Shown piece by piece: positions 8,848-19,908 of a stretch of 64,000 nucleotides of DNA; the stretch's first letter is position 1; every line of letters begins with the position of its first letter. The stretch is from an uncultured Lachnospiraceae bacterium (GTDB lineage: Bacteria > Bacillota > Clostridia > Lachnospirales > Lachnospiraceae), in NCBI GenBank assembly GCA_910585995.1, contig CAJUGG010000032.1:5627-69626 (forward strand). Direction: 5' to 3'. The translations under genes and the position numbers were made by a program. The notes under the pieces are model-generated. The model worked only from the letters and a program-made list of their open reading frames with translations. It searched no databases and was not told where the DNA came from.

Positions 8848-10581
8848 TTACAACATCTTATTAATCATCGCCAACACTTCTTCTCCGAGGGCGGAGCTTT
8901 TTGCGTCGGCGTCTTCCAACGAAGTCCCTTTCACTCCATAGTAGAACTTCACTTTCGGCTCTGTGCCGGACGGTCTTACGCACAGCCATGCGCCGTCGTT
9001 CAGGTCATAGTAGAGCACGTTAGAAGCCGGCAGTCCGGTCGGTTTCACTTCGCCGGTTGCCATGTCTTTGATCGTATCTAATTTATAGTCTCTTGCAGAC
9101 ACTACATTGTAAGAACCGATGGTCTTTGGTGTATTGTTTCTCAGGGTCTCTAAGATCTCCTGAATCTTAGCCAAGCCCTCGATGCCTTTGAGTTCGATGG
9201 ATTTTACAGCGTCTTTGTAATAGCCATATTTTTCATACATCGCAAGCATCGCATCCCATAAGGTCATGCCTTTCATCTTGTAATATGCTGCTGCCTCACA
9301 CAGAGCAACCGTCGCAGAGATCGCGTCTTTGTCGCGGGCGTAAGTTCCGATTAAGCAGCCATAGGACTCCTCAAGGCCAAACAGATAGGTTCCTTTGCCG
9401 GAGTGCTCGTTCTTTAAGATCTGCTGTCCGATAAACTTAAATCCGGTCAATACTTCGATCAGCTCACAGCCATAATTTGCAGCCACTGCGTCAACCAGGT
9501 TGGTGGTCACGATGGATTTGACAACTTGTCCATCTGCCGGGATCTTGCCTGCTGCCTGCTTCTGGCTCAGTACATAGTCGCACAGAAGGGAACCGGACAT
9601 ATTGCCGGTCAGCGGGATGTATTCTCCGGATTTGGTATCTTTTACATAGACGCCAAGACGGTCGGCATCCGGGTCAGTAGCCAATACCAGGTCGGCATCT
9701 ACCTCTTTTGCCAGCTTTAAGCCCAGAGCAAATGCTTCTGCTGCTTCTGGATTGGGATAGCTGACAGTCGGGAACTCTCCGTCCGGAAGCTCCTGCTCTT
9801 TGACCACATAGACATTCTCAAATCCCAGCTCTTTTAACGCACGCCTTGCCGGGATATTGCCGGTGCCATGCAGCGGCGTATAGACGATGCGGATGTCTTT
9901 TTGCATCTTGTCGATGGCATCCTGATTCACCACCTGCGCCATGACATGTCCGATGAATTTATCATCGATGGCCTGGCCGATGATCTCGTATTTTCCAGCA
10001 GCCTCTGCTGCTTCTCTTGTGGTAGTCTTGACGGTGGACAGATCCGTAATCGCCAATACTTCCTCTGTCACGCCTTTGTCATGGGGCGGCGTAAACTGCG
10101 CGCCGTCCTCCCAGTATACTTTATATCCGTTGTACTCCGGCGGATTGTGACTGGCAGTGATGTTGATACCTGCCACACAGCCCAGCTCACGTACTGCAAA
10201 GGAGAGTTCCGGCGTGGGGCGCAGGGACTCAAATTTGTATGCTTTAATCCCATTAGCTGCCAGTGTCAGCGCTGCCTCTTCTGCAAATTCCGGAGACATC
10301 CGGCGGGAATCATAGGCAATGGCAACGCCCTTGCCCTGACCGCCCTGTTTGATAATATAGTTTGCAAGACCCTGGGTCGCACGACGTACCACATAGATGT
10401 TCATCCGATTGATACCAGCTCCGATGATACCTCTAAGCCCTGCCGTTCCAAACTCTAAGTCCTTATAAAAGCGTTCTTTGATCTCATTGTCATCTTGTGC
10501 GATTGCTTTCAGTTCCTCTTTTGTAGCTTCGTCAAAATAGGGATTGGAAAGCCACTCCTCGTAAATTGCTCTGTAGTCCAT
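8848..10581 (-). CDS. pgm: Phosphoglucomutase / phospho-sugar mutase
   Basis: FGTAGLRG, TASHNP, DPDADR, RPSGTEPK. Confidence 0.93.
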   Translation of the reverse strand: MDYRAIYEEWLSNPYFDEATKEELKAIAQDDNEIKERFYKDLEFGTAGLRGIIGAGINRMNIYVVRRATQGLANYIIKQGGQGKGVAIAYDSRRMSPEFAEEAALTLAANGIKAYKFESLRPTPELSFAVRELGCVAGINITASHNPPEYNGYKVYWEDGAQFTPPHDKGVTEEVLAITDLSTVKTTTREAAEAAGKYEIIGQAIDDKFIGHVMAQVVNQDAIDKMQKDIRIVYTPLHGTGNIPARRALKELGFENVYVVKEQELPDGEFPTVSYPNPEAAEAFALGLKLAKEVDADLVLATDPDADRLGVYVKDTKSGEYIPLTGNMSGSLLCDYVLSQKQAAGKIPADGQVVKSIVTTNLVDAVAANYGCELIEVLTGFKFIGQQILKNEHSGKGTYLFGLEESYGCLIGTYARDKDAISATVALCEAAAYYKMKGMTLWDAMLAMYEKYGYYKDAVKSIELKGIEGLAKIQEILETLRNNTPKTIGSYNVVSARDYKLDTIKDMATGEVKPTGLPASNVLYYDLNDGAWLCVRPSGTEPKVKFYYGVKGTSLEDADAKSSALGEEVLAMINKML

Positions 10582-10611
10582 AGTGTACAATTACCTCCCA
10601 ATATTTGTATT

Positions 10612-11613
10612 TTAGTTAGAACTATTATACAATATCTCCCTGGAAAAGGAAACTCTTTTTTCCCGCTGGGCCAGGAATTTTTCCAGTTTCTCCATATGTT
10701 TGCCCGGAATCCAGGCTTTATTCGTATTATAATAGTAATTGGCCAGTTTCCAGAATTTCTCCGGGTACTGCATACGCAGGCTCAGATATTCCTTTTCTTC
10801 TGCACTCAATGGCCGCACCTGCTCATAAGTCTTTAAGATCCGGCTTCCCAGATGAAAATCATAATTCTGCTTTTCGAGAATCTTTCTCAAGAACAGATAC
10901 AGATCGTTGACTTGTACATCCAGGGCAAATTTTTCAAAATTGATCACGGACATCTGTCCATTTCCCACCAGGATATTGTGATGAATGTATTCCCCGTGGC
11001 AGAAATGCCCCTCTTTTAATGCCTGTACCTTTAAGCGCTCATAAGCAGAAGCCTGAAGGCTTCGTTCAATCTCCTGTGCCTCCAAAAGGACAGACTTACA
11101 GCAGGACAGATATGCGGATTCAAATTCATTCTTACGGTTCTTTTTCTGAATAAAGGCATAGATCTTCCGAAGCTCCCGGTTATGACGCCTTAATTCTTCC
11201 ACTACATCTCCCGCCGACAGGCGCATCCTGTCTTCCTCAGTCACTTCACAGAACCCCCGCAAATCTTTATGGATACCAGCCAGAAGAGAAGCTGCTTTTA
11301 AGATCTCGCTCTCACTTCTGGTATCACACTCTCTTCCATCCAGGGATTCTTTCACCACGAACTGATAATATTCCCGGTATACAGTTGCCAGTCTGCCCTC
11401 TTTGTCCGGCTCCATCCGGTCTACCAGATAGCCGCAGCCTCTAAGATGCTGCAATAGCTCTTGTTCCTTCTGAAGCTTATACGTGCTTCCAGAAAACTCT
11501 CTTATCAGGAGTCTGCCCGCACTGGTGTCCAGAAGAAATCCCCCTCTGGTGCGCCAGCTTCCGTTCACGGTAAACGGGTACTGTTCCAATACCTGCAAAT
11601 CTCTCTCGTTCAT
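10612..11613 (-). CDS. CotS-family spore coat protein (kinase-like fold)
   Basis: FCHGEYIHHN, YPEKFWKLANYYYN patterns typical of CotS/YsxE-like proteins. Confidence 0.75.
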   Translation of the reverse strand: MNERDLQVLEQYPFTVNGSWRTRGGFLLDTSAGRLLIREFSGSTYKLQKEQELLQHLRGCGYLVDRMEPDKEGRLATVYREYYQFVVKESLDGRECDTRSESEILKAASLLAGIHKDLRGFCEVTEEDRMRLSAGDVVEELRRHNRELRKIYAFIQKKNRKNEFESAYLSCCKSVLLEAQEIERSLQASAYERLKVQALKEGHFCHGEYIHHNILVGNGQMSVINFEKFALDVQVNDLYLFLRKILEKQNYDFHLGSRILKTYEQVRPLSAEEKEYLSLRMQYPEKFWKLANYYYNTNKAWIPGKHMEKLEKFLAQREKRVSFSREILYNSSN

Positions 11614-11710
11614 AGAATCCCCCCACACCTCGGTCGTCTCGTACCTTCTATACTTATGTGAGAGAATTGCAAAATAGCACTATTTGACAAAAGGTTTTTA
11701 GGAACTCTTT

Positions 11711-12070
11711 TTAGTCCTCTTTCTCAAACAGTACCGCCAGCTCCTTTGCCTCCTGTAAAGTATTCTTCCACCCGTATTTTTTCAGATCTACTTTCCATCC
11801 CTTTGTACTTAGAGTAACTTGAACCCCTTCTTCCTCCAGCAAGAGTTTCTGCATATCCGGCATCTCAAAATATCCGGCGCCGCTTAATCCCCCTTTGCTG
11901 TTCACTACGCGATGAGCCGGAACCTTGCCGGCCAGTCCAAGCTTCAGCCCATGCCCCACCTGCCTGGCATGTCTGGGCTTTTGGCAGAGCAGCGCAATCT
12001 GTCCGTAGGTAGCCACCGTCCCCTCCGGGATTCGTCGACATACCAGACCCATCTTCTGATAAAAATCCAT
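11711..12070 (-). CDS. Alkyltransferase-like (MGMT-family) DNA-binding protein
   Basis: IPEGTVATYGQIA...ARQVG...PAHRVVN; catalytic Cys replaced by Ala. Confidence 0.85.
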   Translation of the reverse strand: MDFYQKMGLVCRRIPEGTVATYGQIALLCQKPRHARQVGHGLKLGLAGKVPAHRVVNSKGGLSGAGYFEMPDMQKLLLEEEGVQVTLSTKGWKVDLKKYGWKNTLQEAKELAVLFEKED

Positions 12071-13425
12071 CACTTTTTTGGCCCCTCTTTTGCCTGATAA
12101 AAACGTACTGCTTCCTCTAAGAGCCACTCTTTCTCATTCCTCTCTGGCTCTTCGATCACCCGTTCTAACAGATGGGATAATACCTCTCCCAATACAGGCC
12201 CTTCCGAGATCCCGGCCTCGATCAGATCCCGGCCGCCGACGGCTAACTGCTTCAGAGTAAAACAGTCTTTTTCTTCCAATATTTTCAAGAACAAATGTTC
12301 GATCTCTTCCAGATCTGCAAGCTTTGCCGCCTGTGTCTTCGGCTCCTGTGCCAGGATATCCGCCCGCTGCACCTTCAGATAATAAGGGAATAATTCCTCC
12401 CCGATGCGATGCAGAGCCTTTCTCACCCCTGACGGCGTCAACGCCGGATGATCGTCGTGATAACGAACCAGCTTCATCACCTGGCGCATGGTATCATTGT
12501 CAAATTTTAACCGCCGCAGTATCTCTTCTGCTATCTCCTCGCTGACCTTTTGATGCCGGTAAAAATGATCAACACCCTTTGCATCCGTCGTCTTTACCCT
12601 TGGCTTCCCAAAATCATGAAATAACATCGCAAGCCGCAGGATCTTATCTGCCTCCACCTGCATCAGCGCATGAATCGTATGCTCTCCCACCGTATATCTG
12701 TGATGCGGATTGTTCTGCTCACACGCCATACAGGCGTCAAATTCCGGCAGAATCACCTCCGTGATCCCCGTCTCCCACGCCTCTTGCAATTTCTCCGGAT
12801 GAGGTGACACCAACAGCTTTACTAACTCTGCCTGAATCCGTTCTGCACTTACTTTGTTAAGATTCTGACAAAGTTCCCGGATCGCTGCCTTGGTCTGTGC
12901 TTCCAAGGTAAATCCAAGCTGTGCTCCAAACCGTACTGCCCGGAGCATCCGAAGGGCATCCTCCGTAAAGCGCTCCTTAGCCTCTCCCACGCACCGGATC
13001 ACCCCGCTTCGCAGATCTTCCATGCCGTGAAAGGCATCCACAAGACCTTCTGCCTCATTATAAGCCATGGCATTGATGGTAAAATCCCGCCTCTTCAGAT
13101 CCTCTAACAAGCTCTTGGTAAACTGCACTTCTCTGGGATGACGGCAGTCCTCATAGACCCCATCCACCCGGTACGTCGTCACCTCAAAGCCTTCATGCCC
13201 CAACATAACCGTCACGGTCCCATGTTTCAGTCCCGTATCAATCGTCTTTTTAAAAAGGGACTTTACTTCCATCGGGGAAGCCGAGGTCGTAATGTCCCAA
13301 TCTGCTGGTTCTCTCTCTAAAACTGCATCACGCACACACCCGCCGACGGCATAGGCTTCATGCCCTGCCGCGGCGAGTGTCGCGATGATCTCATTCACTT
13401 TTTCAGGAATCTGGATCTGTATCAT
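12070..13425 (-). CDS. cca: CCA tRNA nucleotidyltransferase with HD domain
   Basis: VGGCVRD, DWD, RRDFTINAMA, EDALRMLR, FHDFGKP. Confidence 0.92.
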   Translation of the reverse strand: MIQIQIPEKVNEIIATLAAAGHEAYAVGGCVRDAVLEREPADWDITTSASPMEVKSLFKKTIDTGLKHGTVTVMLGHEGFEVTTYRVDGVYEDCRHPREVQFTKSLLEDLKRRDFTINAMAYNEAEGLVDAFHGMEDLRSGVIRCVGEAKERFTEDALRMLRAVRFGAQLGFTLEAQTKAAIRELCQNLNKVSAERIQAELVKLLVSPHPEKLQEAWETGITEVILPEFDACMACEQNNPHHRYTVGEHTIHALMQVEADKILRLAMLFHDFGKPRVKTTDAKGVDHFYRHQKVSEEIAEEILRRLKFDNDTMRQVMKLVRYHDDHPALTPSGVRKALHRIGEELFPYYLKVQRADILAQEPKTQAAKLADLEEIEHLFLKILEEKDCFTLKQLAVGGRDLIEAGISEGPVLGEVLSHLLERVIEEPERNEKEWLLEEAVRFYQAKEGPKK

Positions 13426-13437
13426 AACCTCTTTATC

Positions 13438-14874
13438 CTAATACGCTTTCCCCCAGTAGACCAGCTTTCTGGCCGGTTTTCCACAGCAGACACAACGCTC
13501 ACTGATCGGATGCTGCTCAAAAGGCATACAGCGGCTGGTAGCCGTCGTATCTTCTTTGATCTTGTCCTCACATGCCTGCTCACCGCACCACATGGCCCTT
13601 ACAAATCCGGGCTTGTTATTGATCGTTTCTACAAATTCTTCATAAGATGTCGCATCGTACGTATGCGCATCCCGATGTGCACGCGCACGTTCCAGCATAT
13701 CCTTCTGCATCGTCTCCAGGACCTCAGAAAGCTTCGTCTCCAGCTCATCCAGAGACACCACGATCTTCTCCCTGGTATCCCGGCGCACGATCACGGCCTG
13801 GTTAGCCTCGATATCCTTAGGGCCGATCTCGATACGGGTCGGTATCCCCTTGATCTCCTGCTCTGCAAATTTCCATCCAGGACTCTTATCCGTATCGTCC
13901 ACCTTCACCTGAAAACTCTTACTCAGACGGTCATACAGCTCATATGCCTTGGGAAGCACACCCTCCTTATGCTGTGCAATCGGAACAATCATCGTCTGAA
14001 CCGGAGCAATTCTAGGCGGCAGCACCAGCCCGGAATCATCTCCATGCACCATGATGATCGCACCGATCATACGGGTTGTCATACCCCAGGAAGTCTGATG
14101 CACATATTTTAACTGATTGTCCTTATCCGTATATTGTATCCCAAATGCTTTCGCAAATCCATCGCCAAAATTATGGCTTGTGCCGGACTGCAGCGCTTTG
14201 CCGTCATGCATCAGAGACTCAATCGTATATGTCGCCTCCGCGCCGGCAAATTTTTCCTTATCCGTCTTCTGCCCTTTGATCACAGGAATTGCCAGCACCT
14301 CTTCACAAAAATCCGCATAGACATTCAGCATCTGCACCGTCCTGGCCTCTGCTTCTTCAGCCGTCGCATGAGCCGTATGTCCCTCCTGCCACAAAAATTC
14401 TCTGGATCTTAAAAATGGCCTGGTAGTCTTCTCCCAGCGCACCACAGAGCACCACTGATTATAATTTTTCGGAAGGTCACGATAAGAATGAATCTCATTG
14501 GCATAAAAATCACAGAACAGCGTCTCCGAAGTAGGACGCACGCACAGGCGCTCCTGCAAAGGCTCCAGGCCACCATGCGTCACCCAGGCCACCTCCGGCG
14601 CAAATCCTTCCACATGATCCTTCTCTTTCTGAAGCAGACTCTCTGGGATAAACATAGGCAGATAGACATTCTCCACCCCTGTCTCCTTAAATCTTCTGTC
14701 CAGTTCCTTCTGAATATTCTCCCAGATCGCATAGCCCGCCGGCTTGATCACCATACATCCTTTTACACTTGTATAATCAATCAATTCCGCTTTCTTCACC
14801 ACATCGGTGTACCACTGAGCGAAATCCACATCCATGGAAGTAATCCCTTCCACCAGCTTCTTGTCTTTTGCCAT
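13438..14874 (-). CDS. proS: Proline--tRNA ligase (archaeal/eukaryotic type)
   Basis: [16 protein letters not shown]-terminal WGKAY. Confidence 0.96.
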   Translation of the reverse strand: MAKDKKLVEGITSMDVDFAQWYTDVVKKAELIDYTSVKGCMVIKPAGYAIWENIQKELDRRFKETGVENVYLPMFIPESLLQKEKDHVEGFAPEVAWVTHGGLEPLQERLCVRPTSETLFCDFYANEIHSYRDLPKNYNQWCSVVRWEKTTRPFLRSREFLWQEGHTAHATAEEAEARTVQMLNVYADFCEEVLAIPVIKGQKTDKEKFAGAEATYTIESLMHDGKALQSGTSHNFGDGFAKAFGIQYTDKDNQLKYVHQTSWGMTTRMIGAIIMVHGDDSGLVLPPRIAPVQTMIVPIAQHKEGVLPKAYELYDRLSKSFQVKVDDTDKSPGWKFAEQEIKGIPTRIEIGPKDIEANQAVIVRRDTREKIVVSLDELETKLSEVLETMQKDMLERARAHRDAHTYDATSYEEFVETINNKPGFVRAMWCGEQACEDKIKEDTTATSRCMPFEQHPISERCVCCGKPARKLVYWGKAY

Positions 14875-14921
14875 TGCCTTTACCTTTCCTTTCCAACCTA
14901 TACAATTCTACACTGTTTTTC

Positions 14922-14950
14922 ATTGTAAGAAGGATTCCCCTCTTTGTCAA
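14922..14950 (-). promoter_or_regulatory. sigmaA promoter of proS
   Basis: TTGACA-17-TACAAT. Confidence 0.7.
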
Positions 14951-15055
14951 GTAAGACAAGAAGACGAACCGCTCATTTTCTGGAAATCTTTCCAATACTT
15001 CGCTGCCATATTCCCGCCCTTTTTAGCAAATACTGTAGCAAACGGAGGTGGCATC

Positions 15056-15973
15056 ATGAATCAACAGACCAAACTATATTTTCAAAAAACGGGCATCCTG
15101 CTGGCAGTCTATCTGACACTGCGTTTTCTGCTGCCTTTGGTACTCCCTTTTGTCTTCTCCTGGATGACCGTAGGCGCGCTGACATTTGTACAAAAAAAGA
15201 TAAATGTTCGTCTCCTGTTCCTTGGCATCCTCTATATCATCCTCTTCTTACTGCTTGGCGGCGCCTCCATCTTATGCGGCTGCTATCTTCTGTACGAACC
15301 CTGCTGCCGCTTAGTGCCGGTCTGCCAGAGTTACTGGGCGCAGTTCTCCGAATACTTAACCTGGATCCCGCAGTCTCTCTCCGGATATCTGGCCATCGCC
15401 ATGCCCTCCGCTTTTTCCTGTCTCTTTGGCATCTTTTTATATCTGCTCTCCATCCTGCTCTTTGCCAAAGACTGGAAGCACTTTCATACCCTGTTACACA
15501 AACTCCCCTTCGCCACGCCCGTCTCCCACGCCTTCTGCCGCATCCTCTGGTGCGTCAAGAGCTGGATTCGCGCCCAATGCCGCATCATGCTCGTAGTCTC
15601 CATAGAATGTGCCATCGGCTATTATCTGCTGGCCATCCCCGCCTTCCCCTTCTGGGCCGTCCTGACCGGCATCATCGACGCCCTCCCGGTCTTTGGCACC
15701 GGCACCATCTTCTTCCCCTGGATGCTGATTATGGCCCTCCAAAAAGACTACACCTTCGCCCTCTGGCTAGGCCTTCTCTACCTGATCACCTGGCTCACCA
15801 GAGAACTCCTGGAACCCAAACTACTCGGCGACGGCCTAGGCCTATTACCCGTCTGCTTCCTGATCTCCGTCATCACAGGCCTAAAACTCTTCGGCCCCTT
15901 AGGCCTCTTCTCCGGACCCTTTGGCATCCTCCTGATCCGGGAACTCTGGAAAGAATTAGAACCCAATCCCTAA
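15056..15973 (+). CDS. AI-2E family transporter / sporulation membrane protein YtvI-like
   Basis: Multi-TM; IIDALPVFGTG, RELLEPKLLG, FGPLGLFSGP; RBS GGAGGTG before ATG 15056. Confidence 0.82.
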   Translation: MNQQTKLYFQKTGILLAVYLTLRFLLPLVLPFVFSWMTVGALTFVQKKINVRLLFLGILYIILFLLLGGASILCGCYLLYEPCCRLVPVCQSYWAQFSEYLTWIPQSLSGYLAIAMPSAFSCLFGIFLYLLSILLFAKDWKHFHTLLHKLPFATPVSHAFCRILWCVKSWIRAQCRIMLVVSIECAIGYYLLAIPAFPFWAVLTGIIDALPVFGTGTIFFPWMLIMALQKDYTFALWLGLLYLITWLTRELLEPKLLGDGLGLLPVCFLISVITGLKLFGPLGLFSGPFGILLIRELWKELEPNP

Positions 15974-16647
15974 TCCAACTTCGTCCACCCCTCCAAAAAA
16001 GAAGGCTCCACCCGAAAACACATCCTCTCCCCATTCCCCGGATGCACAAAAGCCACCTCACAAGCACACAGACAAAGCCTCCCCGCCCGGTCCTCTCTCC
16101 CATACTTTTTATCCCCCACAATCGGCACCCCTGCATGGGACAACTGCACCCGAATCTGATGATGCCTCCCCGTCAAAAGCCGAATCCTCAAAAGGCTCTT
16201 CCCCTCCTCTTCCTTCAGCACCTCATAAAAAAGCTCACACCTCTTAGCCCCCCGCGTCCCCTTCGGCACCACCAAAGAGACATTCCTCCTCCCATCCTTC
16301 AAAAGATCATCCACAAGCTTCCCCCTCTTCTCAGGCATCCTCCCCCACACCACTGCCTGATACCACTTCTCCATCTCCTCATGCGCCCCCACCTGCCGAC
16401 TTAGCTCCGCCGCAGCCCGCGCACTCCTCCCCACCAAAAAAATCCCCTCCACCGGCTGATCCAGCCGATTCGCAAGCCCCAGATAAGGCCGTCTCCCCTC
16501 CCTCTTCACCAACTCTCCCTCCAACATACTCATCACATCCGGCACCGTCACCCGCGCACTCTGCACCGCAACTCCCGCCCCCTTATACACCACCAACACA
16601 TCCCGATCCTCATACAATATCCGATATCTCTCCCCATCACTTCTCAT
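15970..16647 (-). CDS. RluA-family RNA pseudouridine synthase
   Basis: NRLDQPVEG catalytic motif, TGRHHQIRVQL, PIVGDKKYG. Confidence 0.9.
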   Translation of the reverse strand: MRSDGERYRILYEDRDVLVVYKGAGVAVQSARVTVPDVMSMLEGELVKREGRRPYLGLANRLDQPVEGIFLVGRSARAAAELSRQVGAHEEMEKWYQAVVWGRMPEKRGKLVDDLLKDGRRNVSLVVPKGTRGAKRCELFYEVLKEEEGKSLLRIRLLTGRHHQIRVQLSHAGVPIVGDKKYGREDRAGRLCLCACEVAFVHPGNGERMCFRVEPSFLEGWTKLD

Positions 16648-16782
16648 AAATAAAATCCTTTCCATTATCGCAGCCAAAAACCACTACCACGCCCAGACAA
16701 TTTATTCTGCCAACGAGTCACACCCCTCAGTTATAACCTATCGCCCCACAAGAGATCTGTTACTACGCCATGCACAATCGTA

Positions 16783-16984
16783 GCGAAAGGGCTGCCGGGA
16801 AATCGGACTTGGGAGAGTTGGTCAATAGTGCTGTGTGGATTGGAGCGGACAGTCTAGCGGTTTTGTACGCCACAGGCGGACACTCATGTCCGAATGTGGC
16901 GCACAAAACCGTTAGACTGTCCGATACATTCCATGCAGACATTGACCAACTCTCCCGAGTCCGATTTCCCGGCAGCCCTTTCGC
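16783..16984. repeat. About 200-nt near-perfect palindrome (REP/MITE-like)
   Basis: 44-nt outer arms with one mismatch, 29-nt inner arms with two mismatches, apical CGGACA-CTCA-TGTCCG hairpin. Confidence 0.9.
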
Positions 16985-17002
16985 GGCCTCCTAGTGTATC
17001 AC

Positions 17003-18349
17003 CTACAGCCTCTTCAGCAACTCCTCTCTCTCCGCCTCATACCCCGGCTTCCCAAGCAGTGCAAACATATTTTTCTTATAACTCTCCACACCTGGCTGAT
17101 TAAACGGATTCACACCCAGCAGATACCCGCTCACACCACATGCAAACTCAAAGAAATAGAACAACTGTCCCAGTGAAAACTCATCCTGTTTCGGAATCGT
17201 CACCATCAGATTCGGCACCTCTCCATCCGTATGTGCCAGAATCGTTCCATTCATCGCGCTCTTATTTACAAAGTCCACATTCTTGCCAGCCAGATAATTC
17301 AGACCATCCAGATCCACAGGCTCTGTGCCCATCACGATCTCCTGCTCACACTCATCCACGCAAAGCACCGTCTCAAACATAATCCTGGCACCATCCTGGA
17401 TAAACTGTCCCATAGAGTGCAGATCTGTCGTCAGATCCACAGATGCTGGGAAGATACCTTTCTTGTCTTTGCCCTCAGACTCTCCATAGAGCTGCTTCCA
17501 CCACTCAGAGATATAGTGAAGGCTTGGCTCATAGTTCGCCAGAATCTCTGTAGATTTGCCTTTGCGGTGCAGAATATTACGCACCACCGCGTACTTCAGC
17601 GCGTCATTTTCCTCATAAGAACTGTTAAGCGCCAGATCTCTGCCGCTTGCAGCACCTTCCATCAGCTTCTTGATATCTGCGCCGCTGACTGCGATTGGAA
17701 GCAGACCCACTGCGGTCAATACGGAGAAACGTCCTCCCACATCATCCGGAACCACAAAAGTCTCATAGCCTTCCTCCGTAGCCAGACTCTTCAGCGCTCC
17801 TCTTGCCTTATCCGTCGTAGCATAGATCCTCTCTGCGGCTCCTTTTCTGCCATACTTGTCCTCTAATATCTTCTTAAACACACGGAACGCAATCGCAGGC
17901 TCCGTAGTCGTACCAGACTTGGAGATGACATTGACAGAAAAATCACGATCTCCGATCACATCCATCAGATGCTTCATATAACGAGTGGAGATACTGTTTC
18001 CTACAAAATAGATCTCCGGAGTCTTGCGCACTTCCTTGGATATCATATTATAGAAACTATGGCGTAAAAACTCAATCGCTGCACGTGCTCCTAGATAAGA
18101 ACCGCCGATACCGATTACCAGCAGCACCTCAGAATCACTCTGAATCTTCTCTGCTGCCTTCTGGATTCTTGCAAATTCCTCTTTATCATAATCTACTGGA
18201 AGATCAATCCATCCAAGAAAATCATTCCCTGCGCCTTTTTTTCCTACCAATACATCCTTCACTGCAGTTGCCTGCGCTTCCATGTACTTTAATTCATCTG
18301 CGCCGATAAAAGAGGCTGCCTTCGAATAGTCAAATGTTACTTTTCCCAT
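17003..18349 (-). CDS. pgi: Glucose-6-phosphate isomerase
   Basis: [32 protein letters not shown]. Confidence 0.97.
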   Translation of the reverse strand: MGKVTFDYSKAASFIGADELKYMEAQATAVKDVLVGKKGAGNDFLGWIDLPVDYDKEEFARIQKAAEKIQSDSEVLLVIGIGGSYLGARAAIEFLRHSFYNMISKEVRKTPEIYFVGNSISTRYMKHLMDVIGDRDFSVNVISKSGTTTEPAIAFRVFKKILEDKYGRKGAAERIYATTDKARGALKSLATEEGYETFVVPDDVGGRFSVLTAVGLLPIAVSGADIKKLMEGAASGRDLALNSSYEENDALKYAVVRNILHRKGKSTEILANYEPSLHYISEWWKQLYGESEGKDKKGIFPASVDLTTDLHSMGQFIQDGARIMFETVLCVDECEQEIVMGTEPVDLDGLNYLAGKNVDFVNKSAMNGTILAHTDGEVPNLMVTIPKQDEFSLGQLFYFFEFACGVSGYLLGVNPFNQPGVESYKKNMFALLGKPGYEAEREELLKRL

Positions 18350-18422
18350 GTTTACCTACACTCCTTTTTTTACAAGCCCTGCTTGTTTGATAGGAATATT
18401 TTACAATCTGCTATAATAAAAA

Positions 18423-19103
18423 TCAAGTGGACGAGCCTAAAAAATCAGAAAGAACCTCCTGAAAGATCAATTCTTCCTCTTTTTCGAGCACGATACCCTT
18501 CTCCGCATCCTTTGCTTTTGGGGTCTTTGGCTCCTCCCTTCCACGATTCGTTACATTTTTCACAACCCTGGGTTCTTCCGAAAAACCCTCATACACATGA
18601 TGCTGTCTCGGATACAGCGTATTTGACACATAGTCTAGCAGACACACCTTCGTCCGTTCCCACAGGCTGTCCGTCTCAAACCACAGCGAAGCCACCCGGA
18701 CCACCACTGCTGCCGTAGCCGCCGCCAGAAAACGATTCAGGCAAAATGTCCCGTCGTATTTAAGAAACCGCAAAGTCACAGCCTCCACAAACCCAATTCC
18801 CAGAATCAGGCCTGTCCACCGCTCTGGCAGGCGGCGCCACTCTACCAAGCGAATCCCGAACTTTCGCTCCTGGCACAGATATTTCTGCACAAACACCGGG
18901 ATATCATGAATCCCCACCCGCACCTCATAACTCTTCTCGAATTTCAGTGTCATCGCCTTCAGCATCTTCCCCTTGCCGTTGCTCCCAAGAGCCGCATCCT
19001 TGCAAAGTCTTCCATATAGTATTCTCCGCACCAGCACCAGCACCATTCCCCATGCGCCCAGAGCCAGAAATTCTCCATAGTACAGCCATACCTGATACAA
19101 CAT
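18423..19103 (-). CDS. Hypothetical membrane protein
   Basis: 226 aa ORF with RBS AAGGGAGG and about 3 hydrophobic segments. Confidence 0.65.
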   Translation of the reverse strand: MLYQVWLYYGEFLALGAWGMVLVLVRRILYGRLCKDAALGSNGKGKMLKAMTLKFEKSYEVRVGIHDIPVFVQKYLCQERKFGIRLVEWRRLPERWTGLILGIGFVEAVTLRFLKYDGTFCLNRFLAAATAAVVVRVASLWFETDSLWERTKVCLLDYVSNTLYPRQHHVYEGFSEEPRVVKNVTNRGREEPKTPKAKDAEKGIVLEKEEELIFQEVLSDFLGSST

Positions 19104-19203
19104 ACGTCATGCCTCCCTTTGCATTTTTTAGTAGTCTTAAGTATACCAGACTCTCTCCACAAAGGAAGGCATAACTTATCAACAAATTCTGACAGTGAAA
19201 AAT

Positions 19204-19908
19204 TTATCCGATTCTGCCGATGAGATTTTCCACCAGGGCCACGCTGTGAGCGATCGCCTGACGCTCAAACGTAGGGTAATCCATCGTAGCACTGTCATCC
19301 GCTTTATCAGAGATCGCCCGGATGATCACAAATGGTATCTGATTCAGATATGCCGCCTGAGCGATCGCCGCCCCTTCCATCTCCGTACACATCCCATCAA
19401 ACTTCTCTGCAATCCGCTCTTTCACCTGGCGGTCAGAGATAAACTGATCTCCGCTGACCACTCTACCGGTAAACACCTGAATCTCCGGCACTGCCTCCTT
19501 GCAGGCCGCCTTCGCTGCCCCCAAAAGCTCGTGATCCGCCACAAAACAGCTTGTCTCCATCCGCGGGATCACACCAGGCTCATAGCCAAATCCCGTGGCA
19601 TCCATATCATGCTGCAACGTATCCACAGAGAGCACAATATCTCCAATATTGATCTCCGCTTTCAGAGAACCCGCGATCCCCGTATTGATCACCGCATCCA
19701 CTTCGTACACATCCGCCAGGATCTGCGTACAGATACCCGCATTTACCTTACCGATCCCGCTGCGCACCACGACGACCTCTTTCCCATGCAAAGTTCCTGC
19801 ATAAAAATCCATAGACGCCTTACGAAGCATCTGCACATCCGACAATTTCTCCCGAAGTGCCGCCACTTCCTCCTCCATTGCTCCAATAATTCCAATTTTT
19901 TTCCACAT
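19204..19908 (-). CDS. mtnN: 5'-methylthioadenosine/S-adenosylhomocysteine nucleosidase
   Basis: IGIIGAMEEE, SGIGKVNA, EMEGAA, RAISDKAD. Confidence 0.95.
   Translation of the reverse strand: MWKKIGIIGAMEEEVAALREKLSDVQMLRKASMDFYAGTLHGKEVVVVRSGIGKVNAGICTQILADVYEVDAVINTGIAGSLKAEINIGDIVLSVDTLQHDMDATGFGYEPGVIPRMETSCFVADHELLGAAKAACKEAVPEIQVFTGRVVSGDQFISDRQVKERIAEKFDGMCTEMEGAAIAQAAYLNQIPFVIIRAISDKADDSATMDYPTFERQAIAHSVALVENLIGRIG

Noticed and set aside
14875..14950. T-box leaders for proS (and for metG at 51620-51680)
   Set aside because: Promoters lie only about 30-50 nt from the start codons and no T-box motif is present.
14944..16404. 486-aa plus-strand ORF
   Set aside because: Pro/Arg/His/Leu low-complexity shadow frame overlapping the ytvI-like and rluA-like genes; explained by the local C-rich skew removing stop codons.
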